Below, piece after piece: positions 1 to 13,290 of a stretch of DNA of 64,000 nt (positions are counted from its first letter, which is position 1; each line of letters begins with the position of its first letter). The notes beneath the pieces are model-generated. The model was not told the origin of the DNA, did no database searches, and saw only the letters and a list, made by a program, of their open reading frames with translations. Source of the DNA: the human T2T-CHM13v2.0 reference genome, Homo sapiens; assembly GCF_009914755.1 (NCBI RefSeq), contig NC_060927.1; one strand, given 5' to 3'. Made by a program: the position numbers and the translations under genes.

Positions 1-1418
1 TCAAAGGGCAGGATGTTACCACGCAGGCTAATTATCTAGATGGGGCTGTGGTTGAAAAGTGGTGGATTTTAGAGACTGCCCTCTCTGTGGCTGACGATTT
101 ATCACAATTGAGTATTTTAGGCTGAGCCCCAGGTTTAGAACTAAATGTTTTTCAGTTTAAATTCATTGTTGGGAACAGTCCTGTGGAATGATTTCTGCTA
201 CTCCTGAACCATGCACCAAGGAAAGAACAAATCCACATTTTCACTGACCAAGAAATTGTCAAGATGTTTTAGTTCTTTTATAATTCAGAAATTGTCAGGA
301 CTAAATATTGCAACTTTAGTAGGATTGCCATTCTGACTGAATGGTGTCTTTGTGTGTGGTGGTGGGTGAGGGGGTAGGAGGAACCAATTTTAGAAAACAT
401 TGATTAATTATTTTTATTTTCCAAGTGCTATTGATATGATTTAATATTCTCCCCATGTAAGATAGAAACTTAACTTTGGCTTAACTTTTAATATCAAGTC
501 ATTCAGGGTTATATGATTCAAAATAACCTTAGCTAAACAAAACTTCAACAATTGGATCCCCAAGAAATGTACTATAAAATTTATATTTTATGTAATACAT
601 TATAGTTGTGTGCTCTAAATAAACATTTTTACGATGTCCACTTTAATGGATTACATTAGATGAAATTTCCCCACATCTCTCCCTTGCAAAAGGCCTTAAA
701 ACACTTATTTTACATTGTGTTGGCTACACAAACTGTACTAGTGCATGTACTAGCACATGAACAGAAAGCTGTTCATGTAAGTAACAGTGTTCTGCAGTCC
801 TTCTAGAGCCATACTAAGAAGGAACTCACCTTGCTGTGTATCGCCAGGTCCACGGAATGGCAAGGACCTTATTCTTGCAGAGCCCTACCAATGCCCTACT
901 TTACTGTAGAGCTGCCTCTGGATTTTAGATCTTCCATTTTTCTTACAAAATTGTTGTTGTTCCTAAAACATGACTATGTCACACTCATTAACCACGAATT
1001 TCCCCTTTCCAATGTGCATACTTTGTACTTGTCATTCTTATGACTGGAAACCTACATCAATATTTGCTGAATGACTGCAGGAATTTTTGAGCACACACAT
1101 TGTATGAAGTTTTTATCTTTTATAGCCACTTTTTAAAGGTTTCTCAGTAAGCTTCACATTTGTATTCAACCTTTGAATGTGGTAAGAAAAAAAAACCATG
1201 GATTATTATCATTATTGTCCCTAAACCACGTTTCTTATTTCTTCCTTTGGTTTCTGGACAAGTATAGCTTATTTGACCAGAGGAATATTTAAGGGGGGTA
1301 GGGGGTGTACAAACTCTCCATCATTATTCCATCGCCAACTGTAAGAAGGGAGAGTGCAATATTGAAAAGTAACTGCAAGTATGAGATTGATCTAACTTTC
1401 TGACATACAAAGGCTTGA

Positions 1419-1808
<390 letters not shown>

Positions 1809-2605
1809 TAGAAGTAGAAGGGACCTCAAAGTCATATAGCTAATGTTCTCATTCTGCAAATGAGGGAACTAATGCCTAGTCAGAATAGGTGACTTACTTG
1901 GGTCCGAACTAAAACTTAGGTATTTTCTGCTCTGAAAGCAATGATGCTTTCATATTAAGGAAAGAAAAAATATATATTCTACTTTAGAATTTCTTTTTTA
2001 GGGGTTTTCCCAAGTGTTTTATAAACTGTTTAGCAGCTGACACTATTCCAGTTAGAGAAACAAAAAAAAAATTAATTGCAAACTTCAAATACGTGAGCTA
2101 TTATTTTAAGAAAAATATTCTCCAGATGTTTCCCAACTCCTTTGAGAGTGGAAAAAAGGCAATGAACTTACAGTTCGGCAGAAGAGATTCGGATTAGATA
2201 TTAGGAAATCTAATGTGAAATCCTACAATTGGTTACTAGGGAATGTTGTAAAATCTCCTCTGGAGAACCTTTGGAATGTGGTGGTTGGCCACTCATTTCA
2301 GAGGCATTATGTGTGTGGTTCATTTCTAGCGCTGGGGGCACAACCTAATTGACTTCTCAAGTTTCGTTGGTCCCATGAGGTCATTATCTGCCTATAGCTA
2401 GTACATGGGGATGATTGGCTGCTCTTAATTACAGAATTCAGAATTTGTTAGTGAAGCATATAATTTAGGCTGTTTTACATTTATAGCCATCCCAGTAGAT
2501 GTAAATGAGCAGATTGACCAAAACCAGTAAATGTTCATTGGATGGTCTTGCCCACTGCCTCCATGTGATTGATTGACCAGAATCTGACAGGCTTATTTAT
2601 TTGGG

Positions 2606-2989
2606 CTATTAGTCCATTTTCACACTGCTATAAAGAACTACCTGAGACTGGGTAATTTATAAAGAAAGGAGGTTTAATTGACTCACAGTTCCACATGGCT
2701 GGGGAGGCCTCAAGAAACTTATAATCATGATGGAAGGAGAAGGAGAAGCAAGAACTTTCTTCACAAGGTAGCAGGAGAGAGAGAGCACGTGCGCGCAAGG
2801 TGCGGGGTTTGGGGGGATCTGCCAAACACTTTTAAACCATCAGATCTCATGAGAACTCACTATCATGAGAATAGCACAGGGTAATCCACTCCCATGATCC
2901 AATCACCTCTCTCTAGGTCCCTCCCTTGACATATGGGGATTACAATTTGAGATGAGATTTCGGTGGGGCCACAGAGCCAAACTATATCA
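2606..2989 (-). mobile_element. MaLR solo LTR (MST-like)
   Basis: tattagtccattttcacactgctataaagaactacctgagactggg...ccaaactatatca, typical MST/THE1 termini. Confidence 0.85.
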
Positions 2990-3446
2990 GGCTCCATCTC
3001 AGCATATTTACCTTGCCAGTGGCTTTGTGACTTAATGAATACTTTAAGCTTGTATTCCTAGTCAGAAAACCAAAGAGTAAGAAAGCCTGTCTAAGAGCTT
3101 GTCTTATGTAAGAGAAGAATTCCTTATTTCATGCAAAAGGAGGGCCTTGATATTTGGAAGACAAGATGGAGAAAACTGACTGTACAGTTAGATGGATCTG
3201 TACCTTGTAAAACAAAGCTGGAACTTTGTTAGCTAATATATTGGATGGCAGCTCCTACACATAATTAAATAACAATTTTCAATTTTTGACTAGGAATGTA
3301 ACAGGAATAACTGTATACAGTCTTGAATTTCAGTAAAATAATCAATCATATAAATATAGGATGGGGATATTATCAATTAGAAACTGTAATGTCAAAAAAG
3401 ACCTAAGAAATGGATATGGGATTAATGATATAAAGTATTTGAAGTA

Positions 3447-3844
3447 TAGTTATGTGTCATTTAACAACAGGAATATGTTCTGAGAGATGCACCATTAACT
3501 GATTTTGTCATTGTACAAACATCATGGAGTGTACTTACACAAACCTAGATGGTACCACTTGCTACACACCTAGGCTACGTGGCATAGCCTATTAATCCTA
3601 AGCTACAAACTTATACAGCATGTTACTGTACTGAGTGCTGTAGGCAACTGTAACACAATGGTAAGTATTTGTGTATCTAAATATATCTAAACATAGAAAA
3701 GATAATGCATTGCACCACAGTCATTATGATGGCTAAGACCTCACTAGGTGACAGGAATTTTTCAGCTCCATTATATTCTCATGGGACCACTAGTATAAAT
3801 ATGGTCCTTTGCTGACTGAAGCATCATTATGCACCTCATGACTA
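3447..3844. mobile_element. TcMar-Tigger DNA transposon (MER47-like)
   Basis: Degenerate terminal inverted repeats and the internal motif gagtgtacttacacaaacctagatgg. Confidence 0.75.
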
Positions 3845-4604
3845 CATAGTACCTGGGACTTTTTTCCAGTAAATAAAAAACAATGTTGAGATAATGCTGA
3901 GTTACTTACCTGAGGGTCATAGATCAATATAGTTAGAGTCGTTAATATCTCTTAATACTAATCAATTTTGCAACAAAGGTACATATCCTTGATCAGATGA
4001 CCCTAAGGTGGGCTTATTTAAAATGATCTTAGCACAACAATAAAAGGTCATGTGCCCATCTTTTATGTTATGACCAAGTTTTGGGATTCATTTTCTCAAC
4101 ATGCCCTCCCTTCCTCCACCACTAATAGTAAACTGCATGTGCACCTCCATATGTGAATCAAGAAAGGTAAGTCTCTCTAAAAGTTGTTTAGATAATTTAA
4201 AAAGCAACAAAATTGTACAAAATACTGAGCTGCTTTTTAAATGTTCCCATCATTATTAATATCCAAGTCAAAAATATGAGGGCTTTCTGTCAACAACCTC
4301 TGTAGGTAGAATTTTCAATGGGGAGTGAAGCTGAATTAGGTATTTTTGAAAGCCCCTATCAACACACTAAGACTTTTGATGATGAGGATCCATCAGTAAA
4401 TATTGAGAAGTCAAATTATTCTTGTCCTCAGAAAGCTTACAATCATGTTTAGTCTAATGGACAAAAAACAACAAGAAAAAAACATAAGCTTGGTTACAAT
4501 TACATTTGACTTTGTATTAAACTTTAGGAGAATAACAATGATGGAGAAGGTGGGGAAGGCTTCACAGAGGAGGCAGGAATAGAACTGGTCTGGAGGAAAG
4601 AAGG

Positions 4605-4966
4605 TGTTATGGGCTGAGTTGCATCCCCCAGAATGCATATGTTGAACCTCAAGTACCTCAGAATTTAAGCATATTTGAAAATAGGGCCTTTAAAGAGGAA
4701 ATTAAGTTAAAATGAGGTCACTAGGGTGACCAGTGTGGCTGGTAAATAAGAAGAGGCAATTAGGACACAGACACATGGAAGAAAGACTGTGTGAAGACGC
4801 AGGGAGGTGACTGCCATCTACAAGCCAAGGCGAGAGGCTCCAGCAGAATCCAACTCTGCCAATATCTTGATCTTGAACTTCAATGTCTCTAGAACTGTGA
4901 GAAAATTAATTTCTATTGAGCCACCCAGTCTGAGATACTTTGTTATGACAACCAGAGAAAACTATA
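4605..4966 (+). mobile_element. MLT1-type MaLR LTR
   Basis: tgttatgggctgagttg...atcttgaacttcaatgtctctagaactgtgaga...gagccacccagtct. Confidence 0.75.
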
Positions 4967-5294
4967 TGGTAGGACTGAAATCTACAGAGAAATAAAAGGA
5001 AAATAATTATCTTCCAGGAAAAAAGAATATCGTAAATAAAGAATTCAAAATGAGGTCAGGCATGGATGAAGAACATACTTTTGAAATGAGTCTATATTAG
5101 TGAAAGGTACCTTCAACTAACATTGTAGTAAACAGGACTCTTTCCTTTTTTCCCCATACGTTGTCTTAAGAAAGATACATCTCTCAACCTTCACATCTCT
5201 ATCCAAAATTTACTTCCTCAGATGTCATTCCCTACCGTTCTTTCCAAAACATCGGAGCTCTTCCACTCTGTCATTATTGAACCCTTTATCCTGC

Positions 5295-5658
5295 TGCTAT
5301 ACATTGAATGTTTATGTCCCCAAATTCATATGTTAAAATATGACACCCCCCTCCGAAAGTGATGGTATTAGGAGGTGGGGCCTATGGGAGATAATTAGAT
5401 CATGAGTGCAAAGTCTTCATGAACAGAATTAGTGCTCATATAAAAGAGACTCCAGAGAGCTCCCTTGCCCCTTTTATCATGTAAGGATACAGCAAAATGG
5501 TGTCATCTATGAACCAGAAAGTGGGTCTTCACTAGACAACCAATCTGCTGGCACCTTGATCTTGAACTTCCCAGCCTCATGAACACTGAGAAATTGCTGT
5601 TCTTTATAAACCACTCAACCTATGGTATTTTGCTACAGCAGCCCTAATGACTAAGACA
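5295..5658 (+). mobile_element. MLT1A-type MaLR LTR
   Basis: tgctatacattgaatgtttatgtcccc...ggcaccttgatcttgaacttcccagcc...gactaagaca. Confidence 0.8.
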
Positions 5659-6914
5659 CCTGCATTGCTTTTTCAAAGCACTCAAATCTCAAATTATAAA
5701 ATGTATTTTTAACATTTATCACCTGTCTCTCCACACTAGACTGTGAGTTCAATAAGATAATACCTCCACTCTCTAATTCACCACTGTATCTCCAATACTC
5801 AGAACATTTCCTGTTCTGAGTGCTCAATAGGTGTTCAATAGGTATATCTAATGAATGAATTGCCCTGAGAAATGCAATCAAGAGAGAATTTTCTTTGAGA
5901 GGCATGGAAAAACCAGGAAGGCAATTCTGGTGAACACTGGAAGAGGATTCTGCCTGACTTTCCCTTGCTTTAGGGTGGCAAATCTGAGGGTCTTGAGAGA
6001 CTACAAATCTTGTACAAGTAGGAGGCACAGAGGACCAGCCCAGGAACTGATTAGAGAGGCTTATACACACCACACACAACAGAGACACACATACATACAC
6101 AAAGACATGCTGTGTTAGCCTATGTGAAAGGGAAAGTTGGATTCAAGGCAAGGACCAACAGATTAAATATTTAAACATTCTTCTGTATAGTAAGCCAATG
6201 AGGATAAACGTACAAATAGAATGCTGATGAGCATTTAAAATATCTATCACATTATTCTGTTAATATATGTATCACATTACTCTGTTATGTACATTACAGG
6301 TCATATGAGGAATCTGAAATTCTCTGCAGCCCTGCTCAAATATAGGAAGCCATTTAGGGCTGTTCAAAGTATCTAGGATTGGTTATTCTTGACACATGAA
6401 TGAATGACTGCCTTGGTTCAGCTGTTCTTTTTCTAAATCATTTTTAACAAGTGCATTTTAATGGCCATTACTGTTTTATTCATGTTAGGTTATCATTATT
6501 GCAGTTAACCTCACATTTACTTTGCTAGTATCTTTCTTTGAAAATCTTTGACATTTTAGTTGGTTTTGATTTGTCTTTCTGGTCACACTCCATTAATAAT
6601 AACTTAAATCTGAATAGTCCTTTTTGGCTTATGAAGAATTCATATTATCATTTGTACCCCTGAACAGCTCTGAGGGATGGGCAGAGATTATAATTGCTAT
6701 TTTACAGGTAAGAAAACTGAGGCTTAGTGAAGATAAAGGACTTGTCCAAGGTCATAGGCATGAAGAATGGCAGAGCCAAAACTTAAATAAAAGTCTTTTG
6801 ACTTCTTTGACAGTGCTTTTGTCATATGACATGACACCCATCACTAAGCCAGCCTGGCTGGCAAAGATTCAATGTTCACACACATTAGATATGCTTATGT
6901 TCAAGAACACAAAT

Positions 6915-6958
6915 ACACACACACACACACACACACCCACACCCACACACACACACAC
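6915..6958. repeat. Interrupted (CA)n microsatellite
   Basis: Directly visible. Confidence 0.9.
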
Positions 6959-9743
6959 CAGCTGTCAAACAAATAGAAATCAAAGAAAATATTAAGGAGA
7001 ACTCACAATATTATTGTGTCCCACATTCTCAGAAAGAGAGGCATGAAAACCCACTATCACAATTTCTTCCCAGCAAAAATTCCAAGGCTCCTTCTTTCTT
7101 GCCAGGTGTTTGTATAAAGTTACCCAAATTTGATGTTCTTTTGAGTGATTTGGGAGAACCCCCATACCACTTTGACCACCAAAAATATCCTCAGGGACAG
7201 GAGAAAAATTAGTAGGAATAAGTAAAGCAGTAAATTCTAACCAGGGCCCTTATATAAATATTCACGTTAAAACTGAACAAAGTTTATTTAGATAAAGAGC
7301 CAGAGAAATGGCAGAAGGCAGACCTAAAGAGCTGGTTTACAGGACAGATATGCTGAGCCTATGAGAGGAAATAATTCAACTGGTATTCTTCCAGGCATTT
7401 CATCTCCTTCCAGTTTTCCAGTATTTCATTAGATTGTCCTGGTTTAAAGATTATGAAGTATAATCCAACACATCCACTGAATTGATGGAAGGCTGAAGGG
7501 CCAAACATGCTAGCTTATTATTAAAGACTTCACCACAAGTCTGGGGTTCCATAATTAAATTCATTCATCCCCAAAAGTAGAATTAAGTACCAGCTTATAC
7601 ATTACCAGATATTACCACACATTTCTGGTATGGATTAACACTTTCAGATCTCTAGTAACTGTCTTACAGACATTGAATGTTAGAGCTAGAAAAGACTTAA
7701 GGGAACATCCAAGTCATATTTTAATAAATGAAGAACTTAAAGAAATTTGTTTAGATGCACATAACTAGACAAGGAATAAGTACTGATCTTTGAGTGAAAA
7801 AAGCAAAAAATAGAAGTGTGTATAGTATACTGCAATTTATGTTTGAAAGGGATGTATATGATATGTGCATATCCACAGACTATCTGAAAAATATGAGGAA
7901 AAATTGTTGCTTCAAACATAAGGGATTTTAGATACTGGAGAACAGAAGTAGGAGGAAAATTTACTTTTTACTAGATATCCTTTGCTACTCAATAACAGTT
8001 TACACATCTGTCACCCCCACTAAGAGTACAAACTCCTTGATGGTAAGGCCCACCAGCCATATTATATTCATCTTAGTAATCCAAAATGGGCCTAGCAACT
8101 GTTTCTTCATTTTTTCCAGGGAAAAAATGATTTGTTAGTGTATTTAGAAAAATTGTAAAGCTTGAATTTTGTGATAGGGATTCATTTTAAATATTTTATT
8201 AGGTGTTTTATTAACCAATCCTTTTGTAGCCTGTATACACTCTTGGCATTACCCTGGAATAGGATATTGCAAAATCAACGCACATTTTCTAAGAAGTAGA
8301 AAACTATGATCCAGAATTAAGTAAGGCAAAAGCAAAGAAAACAACTCTCAAGAAGATGGAAATTGAATTATTTACAGACAGAAGTTTCTTCAAAGTTTTC
8401 CAGAAGATACTTACATTAAAAATTGTGAGAAATTTGCCACTTCTCTCTCTCTCTCTCCAGCATTATGATGACATGTCCCTTAAGATTCAAATTTTCATTA
8501 AGTCCCTTTATACATTGTGAGCATGGAGTTCGTGTATGCCCAGCATTAGAACTACAGAGGGCAGGGAGTGGGCAGGCAGAATATTGAACAGACCTAAGTG
8601 TGTATCACACTTGCCCTCTAGTGTGCATTTGCCAACAATGCACTTCTCTGGGCTGTCTGGTTTTAAGCCTAGGGCGTTTCCAAACAGAGGTCTTTTCAAG
8701 CTGGTTTTTATAAACAGATAAGCCCCATTTATATTAATTCTGTTTACTGCTAATTTGTAAAGAGTGCTATTAATGGGCTTAGAAGCAGCGTATTCTTATT
8801 AATAGTTAAACATCTCCCTCTTATTCATACAACTCTTGCTTTGTAAACTTTCTTTCACAAAAGGACAAAGATAGACTTTAATGGTCCAATTAACCAATTT
8901 CTAAACTAATGAATTCATAGTATTTTAATACAAGAAATAAAGGTGCATAATTATGATAGTGATTTTTAAAATATTTCATACTATCACATGAAGAAGCATT
9001 TTCTCTTCAACTCAGAAGACTTCTGCAGGCTTTGTTCCTGTTTGCTCTTTACATTTACATTTATTTGTGACTACATCAAAGCAGCCCTCATCTGGCAGAT
9101 GAAAAATCTCTACTGTAGCATAAAGCCTATAAATTATCAACTGTTTCCATTTAGAATATAATTTTGGCACTTATTAACAAAGCCTAACCAGGACTGAGGT
9201 TTATTCTAGCTCGTTTTATCATTCTCTGTGCACTGCATTCGCCTCATGGTCCAAGATGTGTGGTCTGTTTCCAGTAACATATCAGCAATCCAGCCAGAAG
9301 GAAGGAGGAAGGGGAAGACATATCCACTCCTTTTTAGGATTCTTCCTGGAAGGTACACCCATGACAACTATACACAATTGGCAAGAATGGCTGAAATGGC
9401 CCTGCCTGGCTGAAATGTCTTCATTCTGGGCTGCTCTATTCCCAGGTGAAGACGGGAAAACAGGGCAAGAAAGGCAGAATCGATATGGGGGACAACCAGT
9501 AGTCTCTCCCATAGTCTATGTTCCTACCAATTGCCTTTATTTGACAGATTCCACTATTCTCTATTTTTTGTTTGTTTGTTTTCTATAGAAAGTAGCATTT
9601 TCCTTTTCATTTGACTTCTATCATGAAGTTCTGATGTTAAAGACTGTTTCCCTTTTTTTTCCCCATTCTATCTCTAAATAAACTCAAGTCACTTGGCCTT
9701 GCAGAGTTTCACCAAGTTGGTGCATTGGTTCCTCCCACAGGTG

Positions 9744-10071
9744 ATGGCTGTGCTGCCTGGCCCTCTGCAGCTGCTGGGAGTGCTGCTTACCATTTCCCTG
9801 AGTTCCATCAGGCTCATTCAGGCTGGTGCCTACTATGGGATCAAGCCGCTGCCACCTCAAATTCCTCCTCAGATGCCACCACAAATTCCACAATACCAGC
9901 CCCTGGGTCAGCAAGTACCTCACATGCCTTTGGCCAAAGATGGCCTTGCCATGGGCAAGGAGATGCCCCACTTGCAGTATGGCAAAGAGTATCCACACCT
10001 ACCCCAATATATGAAGGAAATTCAACCGGCGCCAAGAATGGGCAAGGAAGCCGTACCCAAGAAAGGCAAAG
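9744..10071 (+). CDS. COL8A1: Collagen alpha-1(VIII), first coding exon (signal peptide + NC2 domain)
   Basis: Acceptor cctcccacag|GTG ATG (exon starts 9741, ATG 9744). Translates MAVLPGPLQLLGVLLTISLSSIRLIQAGAYYGIKPLPPQ...PKKGK. Donor AAAG|gtaaca after 10071 (328 nt, phase 1). Confidence 0.97.
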
Positions 10072-12072
10072 GTAACATCATACTCCCAGGCTGTTATAAA
10101 ACAACAGCTTTCCAAATCTCTAAATTATGGGATCAGAGGGGGAAGATAAATTTTAGAAGCTTTAGTTTTAGAATTTGTTACTGGCATTTTTAAAATGCCT
10201 ACTGTGTTCTAACCATATTCTTGAAAACTTCAAGCCTTAAAGACACAGATAAGACTACCATTTATGTTTTGCTTTATTATTTTAACTAGCATCAGATGAA
10301 ATAAAATATATTAAATCACAAATAGTCTATCCCCTTATTGTTTATTTATTCAAACATTCAGCAACTATCTATAGTGAGCACCTATTTGTGTCAGGCTCTG
10401 GGCCAGATGCTGGGAGCTAAAGCAGTGAAAAAAAAGAAAGGTGACAAGTCAGTCTTCTGAACTAAGAGAGCAATGTTGTAAGGACCTGCTGTGTTAAAAG
10501 AAAAGTCACAGGAAAGCATTTTGCGAACTAAGTATTAGACAGGTGCAAGTGTTCTTAATACTACTCTAATTACATATGTCAATCAATAGATCAACAGAAG
10601 GAAACTAAGAGTATAGACTGCATCTAGGGATGACACCTGAAAATCTCTCCTGTTGCTTTCTTGGCGTATTTATTTAGCACCAACAAAATGCCCCTCAGTG
10701 TGACAGACACTTGACGATAAATTCATTTGGTTTGTCTGGAGTTCTCAGAAACCTAGTACTTGCTGCATCAGAGCAGCAATTACCTTTGAGGAAGTGGAGC
10801 CAGTCCCACTAGTCCCTACAATGGCAGGAAGCTCCACCTCTGGAGAACTACTGGATTTGGAACTTAGAGGCCTAGATGCCTGGATGCCAGAAATGAGAGA
10901 GACCTAGTCATTTGACCTTTCAGAGCCTATTTTTCTTCATTTGTAAAATAAGATTGTTGAGAGAATCAGTGACATACATAGTAAGTAAAGTGCTGAGTAA
11001 ATGCTAAAGCACCATAGGAAATTGGAGTTGCTACAACTGCTCATTCAACAAATCCTCAGTAAGAACAGAGTGTGTTCCAGGCTCTGTGCTAGACACCAGG
11101 GATTCCTGATTCATCTCTCCTACTCTTCCCCAAATAACTCCTCAATACAGTAACTACACAATTCGCTGGTTAGAAATAGCATGCCTGAATAGTACTATAA
11201 TCATATCTATTCATGTAAAGAAAGTATTCCTGACTTTCTTCTCTTTAGGAGCTAGTATTATACTTAGAAGATTATCTCAGACATTTCTTTTCCTTCCTTT
11301 ATTGAATGGCTTGCCTTGCCTTTGGCACTTCTTGTACTTACTCTGATGGATCCTCATATCTCGAAATGAGTTCTCTGTTTGTATTTTATTCTCTGACAGT
11401 AGCTCAGCAAAAAGTACAATGGTCAGGATTAAGGTGCTACTAGTGACATAAGTATTATGCCAAGAAGATATTGGGACCATATATTTCATTTCTCCATGTT
11501 ATCCATTAGTCCCAGCAGCATGGGAGATCCAGAGTTGTGTTCATCTGAAAGGCACAGCATGTTCATTATAACAGCACGTGCTGTGTATTTCAATAACAAT
11601 TTGAGAAACGGTGACACCTTTCACATCTATTCTCTAATCTTGTAGTGTGGCTGTATTATTCTTATTCTTGCTGTACAGATAGGCAAGCAGAGATGCTGAC
11701 AGCTTAAGGGACCCAGTCACAATCTCACGCCAAGACCAGAAAGATAAGCAGAGCTTCTTGTTCCTAAGTCAAGCTCTCGACTTCATCCATACTGTTTATC
11801 ATTCTAAAATATCTTATTCATCTCTCCTACTTAAAAGCCAGATTTGTATATGAGAAATTATTTGTTAAATTAATGAACTAATATTTGAGGCTTAGGAAAT
11901 CCCACAGCACCTTCAAGAAATTAAGCAAATCTACTAATTCTAAAGGAGAGATGTGGAAAGATGTTATTGAACCACACAAAAAATAACTCTATTCTTTCCT
12001 ATTTCACATCATACTGTATTTAAGCATAAGAGGAAATATCTTGGCCATAAATTATTATATTTAAAAACTTTG

Positions 12073-12475
12073 CCAGGCACAGGAAGAAAAATCCTGCATA
12101 TTCTCTCTTAAATGTGGAATCTAAAACAATCGAACTCATAGAAACCCAGAGGAGAATGGTGGTTACCAGAGGCCTTGGGGTGGGGCAGGAGGGAGAGAAT
12201 GGAGAGATGATGATGAAAGGTTTAAAGCCTCAGTTAGGCAGGAGAAATAAGTTGTTTTTTGGATATCTATTGCATAGAATAGCGAGTATAGTTAATAATA
12301 ATGTATTACACACTTCAAAATCACTGAAAGAGTAAATTTCAAATTTCTCACGAGATAAAAATAAGTATTTGAAGTGATAGATATATTTAGCTTGATTTAA
12401 TTATTCCACATTGTATTCATGAATCATAGTATCACTTTGTACCCCATAAATAAAATACAACTATAATTTGGATAA
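12073..12475 (+). mobile_element. L1 3' end fragment (L1MA-like)
   Basis: gaactcatagaaacccagaggagaatggtggttaccagagg...tcactttgtaccccataaataaaatacaa. Confidence 0.8.
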
Positions 12476-12497
12476 CAACTCCAATATTGTTTAAAAT

Positions 12498-12520
12498 ACA
12501 CACACACACACACACACACA
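12498..12520. repeat. (AC)n microsatellite
   Basis: Directly visible. Confidence 0.9.
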
Positions 12521-12795
12521 GATAGAACAAATGAGATGAAAATATATATACATGTTAAGTGGTTATCTCTGAGTAGTGGGCTTATAGGCAAATTTGATTT
12601 TTCTTTATACATCTTTGAATCTTCCAAATTCACTATAATAAACACACCATAATATCTCCAAGTTTTATACTTGGAAAAATGTTTCTTCTTCATTACTTTT
12701 TAGCTTCTTTACTTAACCAATGTTGATACAAGCAGCTTCACATATCAGTTATCAAAAAAATACCTCAAATACATAAAAAAAAATTGTCAGCTTGA

Positions 12796-13119
<324 letters not shown>

Positions 13120-13290
13120 TAAGGTCTAGAAGATGAGCATATTATTCCTAGTCTTTTCTCTTGATAAGTATTAGGCAAATGTGTCAGAACTAAATAATGG
13201 TTGTCAGTACTTCATTGATGTGAGAGACAATCTACTAATCAATCTCTCTCTCTCCCCCCATACCCCTTCTCTCTCTTCTCTTCCCAGTAG

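Noticed and set aside
9693-10193. 166-aa ORF as a complete protein
   Set aside because: It extends into introns on both sides; the true coding part is 9744-10071.
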